A stretch of 62,652 bases of DNA, filler included, from Rhabdomonas costata (GCA_019059605.1; 44 parts of 44 records of this genome joined end to end with filler, not necessarily neighbours in it); one strand, 5' to 3'. Shown: positions 1 through 12,437, counted from the first letter of the whole stretch. Made by a program: numbers and translations. Notes: generated from the sequence alone by a model not told the origin.

Positions 1-1031
1 GAGTTGGGGGTGTTTGGGTTTTGTGTTCCTGCACGCTCTGTTGAACTCTTTGGACATTCTGGTGCTGTGATGTTTTTGAGATTCGTATATATCTCCGTGT
101 TAGTGAGGAGGATTTCCGCAGTCAAAGCGCTGTTCGCCCAGCCCTTAAGGGAACCGAGGTTGCCAGCGAGGCATCGTTCGCCAAGCCGCGGAAGGTTGGG
201 ATAACTCCCCCGCCATGCACCCCTCCCCCCACTGTTGTCACCGCATTCTTTTTACGCACCTTCCACCTCATTTCGACGCAACCTGCAACCTGCTCCACCT
301 CAAGAATTCTTGCAAAGAATCGTGTGTCCCGGCATTCCCCGTTGTATTCCGTCTTTCCCGCTGTGATTCCCCGCTGTTTTCCGTCTTTCCCCCTGGCACC
401 CACACCGCCCCAGACGCAAACCAACACGCATGAGCACAAACTTGCGCCAGGCTTTCCGATTAGCTTGGCACACAAATTAATTATTCCAGCGGTGCCGGTC
501 AGCCCATTACTGCACTATGTGGCCACTCAACAAATTGTAGCCGATTAAATTAGCTCGTTGAGTGGCCATTCCGAAAGAAATCACGGCAATTTTTTCCCCC
601 CCCCCTATCCCCCCAAAAGTCAATGTTGAGATAGGTCTACAGTATGTGCGCAGTTTTTGTCCCAACGTTGACCCACGAGGGGAAGAGAGGACAAAGATGC
701 AGAATTACTTGCCATTTCAGGATCCTATTTATTTTGAGTTTTGTCACTCTTTTATTCTGGGGGGGGGTCTTCCAGTAGTTCCCATCTGTTCTCCATCGCG
801 GGCCTCCGAACCTGCACCAATAGTCAGGGGTCACCCCGGAAATGGTGAAGGGGCCACCACAAAGCTCAAATCTTCGTCCTTTCATCCCATTATCCAAGTC
901 TCAGACTTTCATCCCACCCGCCAGGTGACTTCCAACATGGCCCAGTGGACCGAACACGGGCCGGAGCCGGAAAGGAAGACCTGGCACGGGCATCATTGTT
1001 TGAGTTTACTGGCAGCTTCCCAGCCTCTGGC

Positions 1032-1158
1032 TGCATCTCTAAACTCAGTCATGGCATCTTGAAGGGTCCAGCTGAAGGGTCTTCAATTCCTTTGGTTGCA
1101 TCTCTAAACTCAGTCATGGCATCTTGAATGGTCCAGCTGAAGGGTCTTCAATTCCTTT
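1032..1158 (+). repeat. Tandem duplication, 65-bp unit x2
   Basis: TGCATCTCTAAACTCAGTCATGGCATCTTGAA.GGTCCAGCTGAAGGGTCTTCAATTCCTTT starts at 1032 and again at 1097. Confidence 0.9.
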
Positions 1159-1327
1159 TTGACTAACCGGCAACTTTAAACCCAGACCCCTTTTTGGGTC
1201 TTTGGCGCACCGGCAGCGTCCCAAGTGAGCCAACAGGTGATTTTCATTCAGCAAAACGTTTCTGATGTGGAGGGAAGCCCCCCAAAAAAAATCAAATGCT
1301 AGCTTTCCTAGAGACGCCCCCAAACCC

Positions 1328-1427
1328 NNNNNNNNNNNNNNNNNNNNNNNNNNNNNNNNNNNNNNNNNNNNTTAATTAATTAANNNNNNNNNNNNNNNNN
1401 NNNNNNNNNNNNNNNNNNNNNNNNNNN
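1328..1427. other. Artificial contig spacer (N44-TTAATTAATTAA-N44); first of 43 copies spaced about 1426 nt apart
   Basis: Identical 100-nt block recurs throughout. The core gives stop codons in all six frames. Intervening contigs are all 1321-1328 nt. Confidence 0.99.
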
Positions 1428-1429
1428 GG

Positions 1430-1623
1430 GTTGTGGGTGTTAGCTCCCTCGTGAAGGAAGTACCCAATAAAATGGACATTTGCTGCTTGCTTTTATTTGG
1501 TCCGAATTCATACAGCGGCAGATTACATACAGACCACCAGGTTGAATTCGGACCAAATAAAAGCAAGCAGCAAATGTCCATTTTATTGGATACTTCCTTC
1601 ACGAGGGAGCTAACACCCACAAC
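1430..1623. repeat. Contig-terminal inverted repeat (about 80-bp arms, about 32-nt loop); probable amplification fold-back
   Basis: 1430-1510 is the reverse complement of 1543-1623 with one mismatch and starts at the contig edge. Confidence 0.9.
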
Positions 1624-1787
1624 AGGTGGTGCGTTTGGGTGGCCCTGCCCAGCAACTCGTACCTTAACTACCCTACTACTATTATTACAATTACTACACT
1701 ATTACTGATTAAACATCCATTTATATCCTTGTTTAATAGATGAAGTGGGTTCATAAACAGCATCGCAAAAAACAAAATAAAGCACAC

Positions 1788-2414
1788 CGATTTCTCTATT
1801 TCCGCGGCGTGGTACCGCAGCTGGAGCTCCTCCAACACCACACAGACTACAATTACCGCGGGAAGCACCACGCGAGTGAATATAAGGACACAAAGGCTCA
1901 TCCACCACGGTGCGTTGTTGGGACTAGGATACACCCACTCCACAGGAAAGCAGTCCACCAGGCTAAACCCGATGTTGACAACTACAATCACCCCAGTCAT
2001 CAAGGCCAGAAACCACCCCGAGGAGCCCACCAGGCTGCCAATGATGGGCCCAGCCAGACTGAGGTACAAGAACGTTCCGCTGTGACCCCATAGGAACTGC
2101 ACCACAAGCGGCACTGCCACGGAGAGAGCCTCGAGTAGCAGCACCAATACCGACACTACCGCGCGGGAACGCGTCCTGGCAACCACAGCGACACCGGCCA
2201 AGGGAAGGATCACCAGCGACCCTGAGCAGACGCTCAGGCCGATTCTCAGGGGCGGGTGAAAGTCTGGGGGCCACGGAAAAATCAGCAACCCCGCCGCTCC
2301 GAAGAAAATGTGCACCAGGCTGGCAAGAAGAAAGACGTGCCTGCGTTGGGTGCACGCAGGCGTCTCTTCCAGTGATTCACCCAGAGCGAGGAGTCCGACC
2401 AGGAAGTTTCCCAT
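1788..2414 (-). CDS. Multi-pass membrane protein, first exon (possibly the sensor region of a receptor cyclase or kinase)
   Basis: ATG at 2414 (MGNFLVG...). About 6 hydrophobic segments are followed by a charged helix (EELQLRYHAAEIEKS), then a GT donor at 1787. Confidence 0.55.
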
Positions 2415-3551
2415 TCTCTTTGCCCGTGGGACCGGCAAAGGCAAAGGGGCAAAAAAGGTAAAAATTACACGCAAAGCCCGCGCTAGGCTCTGAAAAAAAG
2501 GCGGTGCGCTGGAGTGATAATCTCAAACCCAAAGACAAATGTTACACTGCTGAAAAAAATCTTGTGTGCCTCAAAAGAACGTGTGTCGCCCTGGCACGAG
2601 CACCCTGATCATTTTTCGCGCAAAGTCACATCATCACTGACGCCTTCACGGAAGAGATTGTGAGGTGTGCCCCCAGTAAGCAGCCGTATGGCGATGTGGA
2701 TGGTAACTGCATGCAGCACTCACATCTGCCCACTAACTCACTTACACTCACCACNNNNNNNNNNNNNNNNNNNNNNNNNNNNNNNNNNNNNNNNNNNNTT
2801 AATTAATTAANNNNNNNNNNNNNNNNNNNNNNNNNNNNNNNNNNNNNNNNNNNNGGGGGTGTGGGCAGAGGCCTTCGACGGGCCCATTTATTCGCATTTC
2901 TTTGGTTTTCAGCGGAAGCTTTTTCCAGGCGTGCACTGCATTTGGCGGAACGAAATGCGGAATATACGTATACCTTAAATTGTGTTTATTGATTGGATAT
3001 GTGAAGTGTGGTGATTATTATTAACCTTTGTGGTCCCTTTTGGGTAATGATTTTCAGCAGAACGTTTCGTTTTTTTGCCGGCATTCTGTATTTTTGTGTT
3101 TGCTCCTATGCATGCCCCGTTGTTGCGGGTTTCAGTTTTGAATTGACCTTCAGTTTCTGCACCTGTTCCAGACTTATACTACAGTTCATGGACAAGATAT
3201 GTCCATAGTATTCATTTTTACTCTCAGTAAGTTCTTCCGCTTCTTTTACAGCCAGGAAATGGGAAAAGACGGGATGTCAATTGAACTCGTGAACTCAGAC
3301 GCTTGAAAGTGTTCTAACTCTCCAGTTCAATCGCTCCTTTTTTCCGTTGTTCCTGCTCCTCGTTCTTTGACTGGATCTTGGAGCGAGTGGTTACCAACCA
3401 GTTGTTATCATAACGCTCCTTCGAAATTCTTTCGATTCGGGTTTTGGGTTGTATTTTAGAAATTCCGAGCTTTTGAAGGTGGAATAATGACGTAGCACCT
3501 TGTTTGTTGTTGTAATTCCAAGAATTTTACTTTGTCGATTTCTCGCACCCA

Positions 3552-4181
3552 ATGGCCACTCCGAAGATCGCCCTGGTGACCGGCGCGAACCGAGGAATCG
3601 GCCTGGAGACAGTGAAGCAGCTGGCTGAGCTGGGCATCACCGTGCTGTTGGGGGCCCGGGACCTCAGCAAGAGTCAGGCCGCCGTGGAGAAGCTGCGAGC
3701 AGACCACGGGCTGACTGCCATCCACCCCATCAAGGTGGATGTCTCTAACCGGGCCGACCACACGGCGGTGCGAGACCACATCGACCGCCAGTTTGGCCAC
3801 CTGGACATCCTGGTCAACAACGCGGGCATCGCGCTGGGCAGCTTCTTCAAGAACACCAGCCTGGAAACCACGGACCAAGAGCTGCAAGAGACGTTCGACA
3901 CCAACTTCTTTGCCGTGGTGGCGCTGACCAATTCTCTGCTACCCCTGCTGCGGAAGTCCCCCGCGGGGCGAATTGTGAATCTCTCCAGCATCCTGGGATC
4001 GCAAACCCTGCATGCCACCCCGGGCTCTCCGATCTACGATTCCAAACTGCTGAGCTACGACGCTTCCAAGGCAGCTCTGAACAGCTACACCATCCACCTG
4101 GCCCACGCCCTGCAGGGGACGAAGATCAAGGTAAACTCCGCGCACCCCGGCTGGGTCAAGACGGACATGGGCACAACCCCC
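3552..4181 (+). CDS. Classical short-chain dehydrogenase/reductase (carbonyl-reductase-like), 3' truncated
   Basis: TGANRGIG Rossmann motif, LDILVNNAG, NLSS, catalytic YDASK and HPGWVKTDM. Intronless over 630 nt and GC3-rich. Confidence 0.96.
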
Positions 4182-4284
4182 NNNNNNNNNNNNNNNNNNN
4201 NNNNNNNNNNNNNNNNNNNNNNNNNTTAATTAATTAANNNNNNNNNNNNNNNNNNNNNNNNNNNNNNNNNNNNNNNNNNNNTGG

Positions 4285-4475
4285 GAAGGAGGTTATGATG
4301 AGTGCGCTCATTCGTATCGAAGATTACACCCCCACACACATCCACCAAGACTTGCTTAGCGATGTCATCCTGCGCGCCACAGCGACCCAGCAAATCATCA
4401 TTCGGCAAGTCTTGGTGGATGTGTGTGGGGGTGTAATCTTCGATACGAATGAGCGCACTCATCATAACCTCCTTC
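4285..4475. repeat. Contig-terminal inverted repeat (about 71-bp arms); probable fold-back
   Basis: 4285-4355 is the reverse complement of 4405-4475 at the contig start. Confidence 0.9.
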
Positions 4476-5241
4476 TCACCAAAGGGCAAAGAGTACTCCA
4501 ACAAGCGGAAACTCCGTTCGTTCGACCTGCCTGTCCGTCTGTCTGTGTATGTCTGACTGCGGAACGTAATTCGTTCACTGACTTTCATGCGTTGCGACCT
4601 GAGTGTGCCCAGAAATCTATCAGGAAGACTCGCTGTCGTTCGGCATACATCCCAGAGTTGTCTCAGCCGGTCGTCAGCCTGATCGGCCTGTTGCTTGAGA
4701 CGCTGCACCATCAGCTGGTTGTCCAAATCCTCGGTTATGCTGAGCATAAAAATTTGATTGTTACACAGGTGCAAGTCGTGCCCACGGGCAACGGTTTTCA
4801 ATTGCTCGCGAAAGCTCGGTGTCTGTTTGGTGGCAGGGCCTTGCGGCAAGCACTGAAACTCGAACCCCTGGTGAGTGAATGCATATTGTCCCCATTACTA
4901 TTAACGGGGGCGGGTTGGCGAACTGGTTCCGTACAGTCGTTTGCGCGCAAACCACGTCCCAAAAGCTGTTAACCCACCGGAAGCCATTCCAACCCACGTT
5001 CAAAAGCTTTGCGCAAAATTAGGCACAAATGATGTTGGAAAATCGAATTGAACCAACGCCAATGGTACAGTGGCAGTTCAGGTGCGTGAAAGTCAGAATC
5101 ACAGACACACATGCATAAAGGGAAAACAGATGAAGGGAGGGGAGGGTAAAAGGGTTGAAATCAGCTGAAGGGAGCTCATCCCCAAGCGGCGCTATACAGC
5201 CGCAGCCCACACACGATGGCGCCGCTAAGCTAATCTCCAGT

Positions 5242-5274
<33 letters not shown>

Positions 5275-6291
5275 TGCCAGAAAGAACAGCGTTCGAGCCC
5301 CGCAGGGTGTTCCGGGACTTCTGGGCTTGCTGCACCTGTTTGGCAATCTCAGAGAGCTGGGCGGTTCGGTTAGCACTCCTCTTGTTCTTCATCTGCGCCC
5401 GGCAGGGGAGAGAGACACTTTTAAACCAAAAGGAGACCGCCAAAATGGAGACAAGCGCAAGAAGCCTTTCTGAAGTACCAGTGCTTCAAGGGCTGAACTG
5501 AAACAGCTACCCCCTCCGTGTCCCCAGACGGTTTTGTTCCAACACTCCACATCCACCACCACCACACATCCAAATAACTGCGCCGAACCCAAGACACACC
5601 CAAAACCCNNNNNNNNNNNNNNNNNNNNNNNNNNNNNNNNNNNNNNNNNNNNTTAATTAATTAANNNNNNNNNNNNNNNNNNNNNNNNNNNNNNNNNNNN
5701 NNNNNNNNGTTGGAGCGGACCCCACCAAGCCGACCACAAGTCGACTGCTCCCGCAATGGGCTTGGCTCGGCAAATGCGGACTTTGTTCGAAACCGCAGCG
5801 CTCAACATATTTGAGTAACTTCGTACGGGTTCATCGCATTCTCAAAAACAATCGAATCCGCCATCCAAGCCTCAGCAAGCCCAAATGCTTTTTCTAGAAC
5901 CGTTTTCCAACCTCAGAAGCTACTCGCTAGGCTGAAGTTTCATAATAGCACATATGGGGCTATGGAAACGGTCTTCGCACTATGTATATCTAACGATTGA
6001 GCAAGAAGTGGCCTCGGAGACACAAAAGCGGGTAAAAAAAGGTGAAGCGGCGCGTTTCGGTGCAGTTGACCTTCGGAAGCGTGGAGTGGTGATAGTTACT
6101 GGTGATAACGACGTTTCCTTTTGGATCGGTGTTGAAGTCATTGCATGCTTCCAAGCTAGGTTAAACTATTCAACGTCGAACCCTATTTGCTGAACCCAGA
6201 CGCGTGTTTCGAGAGTTTTACCAGTTGTTTTGTTTTGGTGAGGTGTTGCATGTCTTCTGTTCTTTTCTGCTCTTCGTCCTACGTCACGCAG

Positions 6292-6639
6292 AGATTCCGA
6301 CGACGCAGAAGATCAGATTCAGCGAGGGAAGCTAGACTACATTAAGTCTGTCGTGGAAGACGTGTCGACGTTGATTGTCCGTGGCGACCACACGGAGCTA
6401 GCTCTGGCCGCGCAGCTGCTCGAGGTATGTACCCTAGGGGCTCGTTGCCCTGTTTTTTGTTGAACGGAGTAAAATTTTCCTCCGTTGGGGGACCTTTTTA
6501 CCCTGCCGCTTCTGGACGCGTGCTGGAGGTGCCATTTCTTTTTTTTTCGCAGGAGGCATGGCGAGAGAGTGCATATGCAAGAATTTGCCTTCAGCGGCCG
6601 GGATCGAAGAATGTTTTCAGCGATCGGGGTGCACGATGA
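6292..6639 (+). CDS. Last two exons of an unknown protein (exons about 6292-6424 and 6553-6639)
   Basis: GAG|GTATGT donor at 6425 and polypyrimidine-CGCAG acceptor at 6552. The in-frame join reads ...ALAAQLLE-EAWRESAYARICL...*. Confidence 0.4.
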
Positions 6640-8298
6640 AGCATTCGAAAGGTGGAGCTTGCCAGAAGGATCGGGTTCAGATTATTGTGATGGCGTCCCG
6701 GCTGGATGTTGTTAGGTGCGCTGTGTGGATGCGGCCCGGGGTTCCGTCAAAGAGCGAACAGAAATTTACAAGGGTGATGTCTGGGTATGCCACTGGCGCT
6801 GGCTGTGTTCAGTGAAACGGCTGAGGTTTGATTTGTTGCAACCAAGTTGGTTGCTGTTTTCTCCCTTGCGTCCCAATGTCGAGCGTTTATCCCCCCAATC
6901 CGGAATTTTCGGGGTTTTGCAAAAGAAAATAGTCTGAGGAGTTGTTTGTATGCGTGTCTTACCTCCGTCGACCTTCTACCCCCTCGTCCAACTTTTGTGG
7001 GTTCGTCTTTTGCTCTTCTGCACGCCACGCCGAACNNNNNNNNNNNNNNNNNNNNNNNNNNNNNNNNNNNNNNNNNNNNTTAATTAATTAANNNNNNNNN
7101 NNNNNNNNNNNNNNNNNNNNNNNNNNNNNNNNNNNTTGGGGTGGGGGCTTGCCCGCCAGCAGCGCGAACAGAAGAATACCCCAGCCCCACCTGCCACGCG
7201 CACATTGCAGCAGTGGGAAGCAGGAGGGATGGTGAACTTCAGTTTGCCTAGTATTGGGGACAAAGTTATTCGGGGTTTTTCAGTGGGACTCCCGAAACGC
7301 TGCGTGGTCGATCCTTGGGATCACGATTTCCTGACTTTTTCCCTGACTTTTTCCTGACTTTCACCCTCGGCCGGCAGCGGTGCCCCTTAGCGACTCTTTC
7401 GTGTCCCTATTGCGCCGCTTCTTTTTCCCACGCAGCCACGCAGCGGAGGAATGAACAAAGGAAGGGCAAAAATCCGAGCAAAACGTTGTGTTTGCGTGCC
7501 AGGGCACGTATTTTCAACTCGTTATTGCAGCTTTGTGTCGGTGTCTGCGAAAAAATGATAACGGAAATTTTTTTGTATGTCAGCACATGGCATCAGGAAA
7601 CTTATCCAAACGTATCCAAACATCAGCGGTTCGAACTTGAAAAAGAGGGGACGCTGCCGGTGTGCCACCCGATGTGAACTCCCCTGTTTGACAGATAGCG
7701 GTGGGAGCAACAGACAGCTATTTATTATTATTTATCCCCAAAGTCCAAAAGCAAAATTAGTTTGCAGGTATGCCAATGTTCTTCAGGTAAAAACTTCCAA
7801 AGTGACTCCCAAAAGTGCAACGCCTGGTCGGTTCACAGCAAAACAGCACTCGCCAAAAAGCGGTACCCTCTATCCCTTCCGGCACACCAATCCACAGCCT
7901 TATCGTACGAGTGCTTCTGCAGCAGCACTTCTGGGGCGACCTGAGGTGTGAGACATCACACATAAGCACAGTTAAGTGATGAGGGAGATATTCTGAAGCT
8001 TTGCTATGTATTCGAAAGTTTGCGAACTCCAGCCCCAAAGTTAAAAAGCTCCTCCGCAGGGGAGAGGCCATTTGTAAGCAAAGGATGCCCGAGACGAGTA
8101 CAAATTCTAGGACTCAGCAGTTTGCCTGTGTTTGTGAATTTGAATTTTGGCCTCAGCAGGGCCGGGGAAACCCCGAACCACAGTCAACCACAAGGAATCA
8201 CTTTGCGCAAAATTAAAGCAGCGAAAGCCTGGCGTTTAGGTTCTGCACGACAAAAGAGAGCAGCGGGAACGGAGGTGAGTCGCAGTGATGGAAGATAC

Positions 8299-8436
8299 GT
8301 AGTATGGAGAGCCCAGCACGCTGTCCGCGCGGTCGGCGTTACCCTTGGCAAGGCCGAAGTCCGTAAGGCACACATGACCTTGGGCGTCCAGGAGGCAGTT
8401 CTCCAATTTGACGTCGCGGTAGAGCACCCGCTGCTC
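8299..8436 (-). CDS. AGC-family Ser/Thr kinase exon (subdomains VIb-VIII)
   Basis: VLYRDVKLENCLLDAQGHVCLTDFGLAK...LGSPYY, then a GT donor at 8298. The 5' side is replaced by a fold-back arm. Confidence 0.9.
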
Positions 8437-8633
8437 TCTTTTGTCGTGCAGAACCACAAACANNNNNNNNNNNNNNNNNNNNNNNNNNNNNNNNNNNNNN
8501 NNNNNNTTAATTAATTAANNNNNNNNNNNNNNNNNNNNNNNNNNNNNNNNNNNNNNNNNNNNTGTGGTTGGGCCTTGCGAGCCAACACCGTCCGCGGTGT
8601 CTCAAGGCCTTACCACTGACATTTTGACAGGCG

Positions 8634-9233
8634 TTGGGTGCATCCACGCATAATGGACCGCCTTTTGAGGATGAGCTCGAGAAGGCGTTGATGAGCCTTC
8701 ATCTGAAAGATCCCGCAATGGAGCTTGAAATCAGAGGTGCCCTTCAAGATGACAATAATGCATTGCCTGGTTTATTCCCATCTGAGGATGCAGACTTAGG
8801 TCAGACGCCAGTCATGCCAGGGCTTCCGAGCAGCAGTCTTCCAAATGGCTCAAGGCTCTGCTGGTGTCATCCGCACCGTTTGGTTATGGACCGTGTTGTA
8901 GGAGCATCTGCATGCAAGAATCCCGAGGGGTGCGCATGTGAATTCTTCGCGGACGAACCGTTGGGCAAGAACTCGCGTTGGCGCTGTATTGTGGGATGCG
9001 ACTTCACGCTTTGCGAGCGCTGTTCGGAGTTATACACTGTTCCTCCACCACTGCTTTCCAGCCCTTCGCTGTGTTCTGATGCTAGCTTGGCACCCGTGCT
9101 TTCTCCCAACCCGCCCTGGGATGATTTTGAGGTGCACAAGGGTTTCGGTGGTGCCGACGTTGTCCGATTCCTGCAGGAGCTGAGCAATGCAAGCAGAACG
9201 GTTTGTTGTCTCCTGTTGAACCGCTTATTTTAA
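8634..9233 (+). CDS. Protein fragment with a ZZ/C1-like Cys/His zinc finger
   Basis: CHPHRL...CKNPEGC...RWRCIVGCDFTLCERC matches the HxHxL-C-C-RC-CDFxLCxxC pattern. Confidence 0.6.
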   Translation: MGASTHNGPPFEDELEKALMSLHLKDPAMELEIRGALQDDNNALPGLFPSEDADLGQTPVMPGLPSSSLPNGSRLCWCHPHRLVMDRVVGASACKNPEGCACEFFADEPLGKNSRWRCIVGCDFTLCERCSELYTVPPPLLSSPSLCSDASLAPVLSPNPPWDDFEVHKGFGGADVVRFLQELSNASRTVCCLLLNRLF

Positions 9234-9995
9234 GGAATGGCATCCGTCTCATTTCGTCACAGTCTTGGTAATCCTGAGACCGCGCGATGATTTGAGCCTT
9301 TACTTTTTCACCCACTTTGCACCTTCGAATAACACCGTCGGATCAGCTCGGCCCGTTGCCTGTTTTTTGTCACATGTTGCTGTGATTAGGGTCCGGTTGT
9401 ATTTTGTTTTCTTCGGTTTAAAGTTGTTGAAAAAGACGGGGAAATAAATGTTTGGTTACTCTTCTACTGCAGGCCATCCTCCGTTCTTTTTTTTGCAAAC
9501 AGGCTGCATCTGACCGTGCAACCCTCGGCGATGTCGCTGCTATTGAGCCGATCACTACCCCGGAGGCTCCGATAGTAGGTGTGCCTCTTAAGTGTGTGTA
9601 GCCAGGGTCTTACGGCTGAGCACGGGATTTCGGCTTTTTAGCGCCATTCTGCTCCCTCCTTTTCAGATGAAATCATACCCTTGAGCATGCTGCTGGAAGC
9701 CAACGTTGCAGGTCTCCTAGAAAAACAGAAAAAGAGCTTCATCATCCAACTGCGAGCACAAATTCGGCTGCTCGAAGTCCAGTACGCAGACCTCAGTGCA
9801 AAGCGAGCTCAAAAGCTACTTCCCAAGACGACCAAGTTCAGTGAAGGTTTGGACCAGCGCTCCCAGCCCGCAGACCTCCCCACAAAAAANNNNNNNNNNN
9901 NNNNNNNNNNNNNNNNNNNNNNNNNNNNNNNNNTTAATTAATTAANNNNNNNNNNNNNNNNNNNNNNNNNNNNNNNNNNNNNNNNNNNNTTGTGG

Positions 9996-10114
9996 GCAGG
10001 ATACGATGTGGCACTGTTTTGTACAGTTCTTGTGAGGTGGACAGCGCATACACAATTTCAACCCACTCTCCTCCACACAAGAACTGTACAAAACAGTGCC
10101 ACATCGTATCCTGC
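9996..10114. repeat. Contig-terminal inverted repeat (39-bp arms); probable fold-back
   Basis: 9996-10034 is the reverse complement of 10076-10114. Confidence 0.88.
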
Positions 10115-11304
10115 TCACATGCACCGCCTCAAGGCGGGGGCTCTAGACCTCACTGTCGACAAGCAGCCCATTGGCGCGCCCTGCCTGACGAGCTCGCACC
10201 CGAAGGCGCGGTACCAGCGGTGCTTGGGGTATCCTCGCTGCACCATGAACCTCACCGCCTGACGGATGGAGGCCGTAAGACCTCCAACGCCAGGGTCCGT
10301 GTACCGCACCAGCTTGGAGGATATTTTTGAAGAAATTAACTTCAATTTCAAGCTTGTGCGCCATTACTATCTCATCTACAGGCGCCACAATAAAAACGTT
10401 ATCCCTACGGCGGGCTGTGGGGAGCCAACCAAGGGAAGGTGGCAACAAACAGTTGTGTTATCTCTGCAGCGCAACCAGCTCCACATAAGCAGCGTACAGG
10501 TGACCACCAATCGTAATCCCTTCTGCTGCCGCAGCACATTCACATCAACCCAACCTGAGCCTCAAAAAGGTCGTCATTTTTGAGGTCCCACGCGCAGTCA
10601 GCGAGCAGCTGTACAGCCGTGATCTCCCAGTAATGGATTGAGGACGGACGCCCGCGATGATTGCTCGCCTTTCCATCATTGGAGATCGCGAACGACGGCT
10701 ATCAGCGAGTGCAGCGCTGAGTGATCTAAACCCAGTAACCCACTGTCTCCAACACCGCATCCAGAGGAGTGTTTAGGAAGCAGTACGCCATGTCATACTC
10801 CTCGTAGCCCCACAACCCTTTGGTAGGGCTGACACGCTTCAGCCACTCTGCACTGCCTGCCTGCAGCTGCAACATTGGCAGATGATCCGGTCGCTTCCGT
10901 AGAACCAGTTTTCGGGCTTCTGACACAAGCACAGCCAGCGCACGCCCAACCCTCTTCAGAGATATCCGAAGAGGATGCTTTCATTGCGTGACTATCTGCC
11001 GCAGTTGCAACAGAGGTTCTGCGACAGAAGAGATGAGGCTATTATGCTTCACAAACCAGTAGCACTGCGGCAGATCCGATCCACCAGTGGGTGATTGGCC
11101 AATACATCGTCCAGAATCACCCACTTCTGCCAGGAAGGACTCCATCATGCGACAAGAGTACTGTGTGTCGTCACAAGAGGAAGTAACGTCCACGTGGCAG
11201 TACCGCAAGATCTCTAAAAACACAGCCTTGTGAATAGTGCCCCATATCTCGCGGCACATCGCCACAATGCGTCGCGTACTGCGGTCCACCAGCAACAGCA
11301 CCAT
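10115..11304 (-). mobile_element. Decayed Penelope-like retroelement reverse transcriptase (stops and frameshifts)
   Basis: RT motifs occur in order across frames: LPQCYWFVK...LRQIVTQ*KHPLR, EYDMAYCFLNTP, VLRQQKGL/IGGHLYAAYVELV, TARRRDNVFIV, then a C-terminal RGYP. Confidence 0.7.
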
Positions 11305-11423
11305 TTCACCACAACANNNNNNNNNNNNNNNNNNNNNNNNNNNNNNNNNNNNNNNNNNNNTTAATTAATTAANNNNNNNNNNNNNNNNNNNNNNNNNNNN
11401 NNNNNNNNNNNNNNNNGTGTGGT

Positions 11424-11565
11424 TGTATGCAACAAGGAAGTGTGCAAATCATTGACACAAAGAATGGAAGCTTATTCATTTTGTTTCGTGATCCCAAACG
11501 TACATCAAAATGAATAAGCTTCCGTTCTCTGTGTCAATGATTTGCACACTTCCTTGTTGCATACA
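11424..11565. repeat. Contig-terminal inverted repeat (about 59-bp arms, 2 mismatches)
   Basis: 11424-11482 is the reverse complement of 11506-11565. Confidence 0.88.
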
Positions 11566-12261
11566 TTCCTGTCTGCCCAGGCCATTGTTCAGCACCGCTA
11601 TGCCAGCGCGCTGGGAGAGGATCTGCAAAAGCTCTCGGAAACGGTGAATCAGCTTGTCCTCGAGCGGAGGTGCGTCTGCATGCTCCTCTCTCATTCATTC
11701 GTCCCGTTCTAACGCCATGGCCGCTGTCTTAGCCCTCCCTTCAATGGATCGGCTGTCACCAACCGGGCCATTTGTTCTCTCTCTCTGTATTGTGTTTTTC
11801 TCTCATCCGATGCCGATGGCCTATCTCTCATACGTGATGATCACCGCCCAGCACAAAGTATCGACGCTATCATGCCGTGCTGAAGTAGGCACACAGACAC
11901 CACCGGATTCTCATGCAAATTTTGCTTATTGCCCCCAACTCAATCCTCTTTCCGCTCGGTGTGCGCTCTGTCTGCATTCGGACATCCCTTTCTGCTTTTT
12001 TGTGAAAACATCTGCCGTTGGCCTCGTAAAAATATTTGCAGAGATGGTGCTATTGCGTTAGAACCTTGCTCATCGATGGTGGCACTTGCCTTCGGCGAAT
12101 ACGGGTAGAGTATTGCTTGATGCTATTCCGTTTCCCACTATTTTGCAAAATGCATATCCCGATTTCCAATGCTGGCGTAGTGTCATGACGAGCCATCCTC
12201 TCCCCACGCCATTCCCCTTTGATGTCACTTTACGCGACACCCGTTTGGCATGGATTATTAG

Positions 12262-12437
12262 TGTGGAGGAGCAGCAACAGCAGCAGCACTGGCAGGCCCA
12301 CCGCGATGAGGAGAGCTTGCGCACGGCGCAGTGCTCCGCAGAGCTGCAGCAGGCCACCCACCGCGCTGCCCTGGCGGAGTCCTGGCTGCGCAGCGCAGCC
12401 GCCCTACTGTGCTTCACGCAGGGCCGGCTGGGCGAGG
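12262..12437 (+). CDS. Probable exon of a coiled-coil protein
   Basis: GC-rich island encoding EEQQQQQHWQAHRDEESLRTAQCSAELQQATHRAALAESWLRS. Boundaries are approximate. Confidence 0.4.

Noticed and set aside
1430-1623. Terminal inverted repeats as MITEs or pre-miRNA hairpins
   Set aside because: No shared family sequence, no target-site duplications, and always at contig edges next to primer-like bases.
1372-1708. Mirror-image ORFs with identical N-termini on opposite strands (also 4226-4972 and 9942-10330)
   Set aside because: By-products of terminal fold-back inverted repeats.
3456-4145. Minus-strand ORFs overlapping the SDR
   Set aside because: Antisense shadows of a GC3-rich gene.
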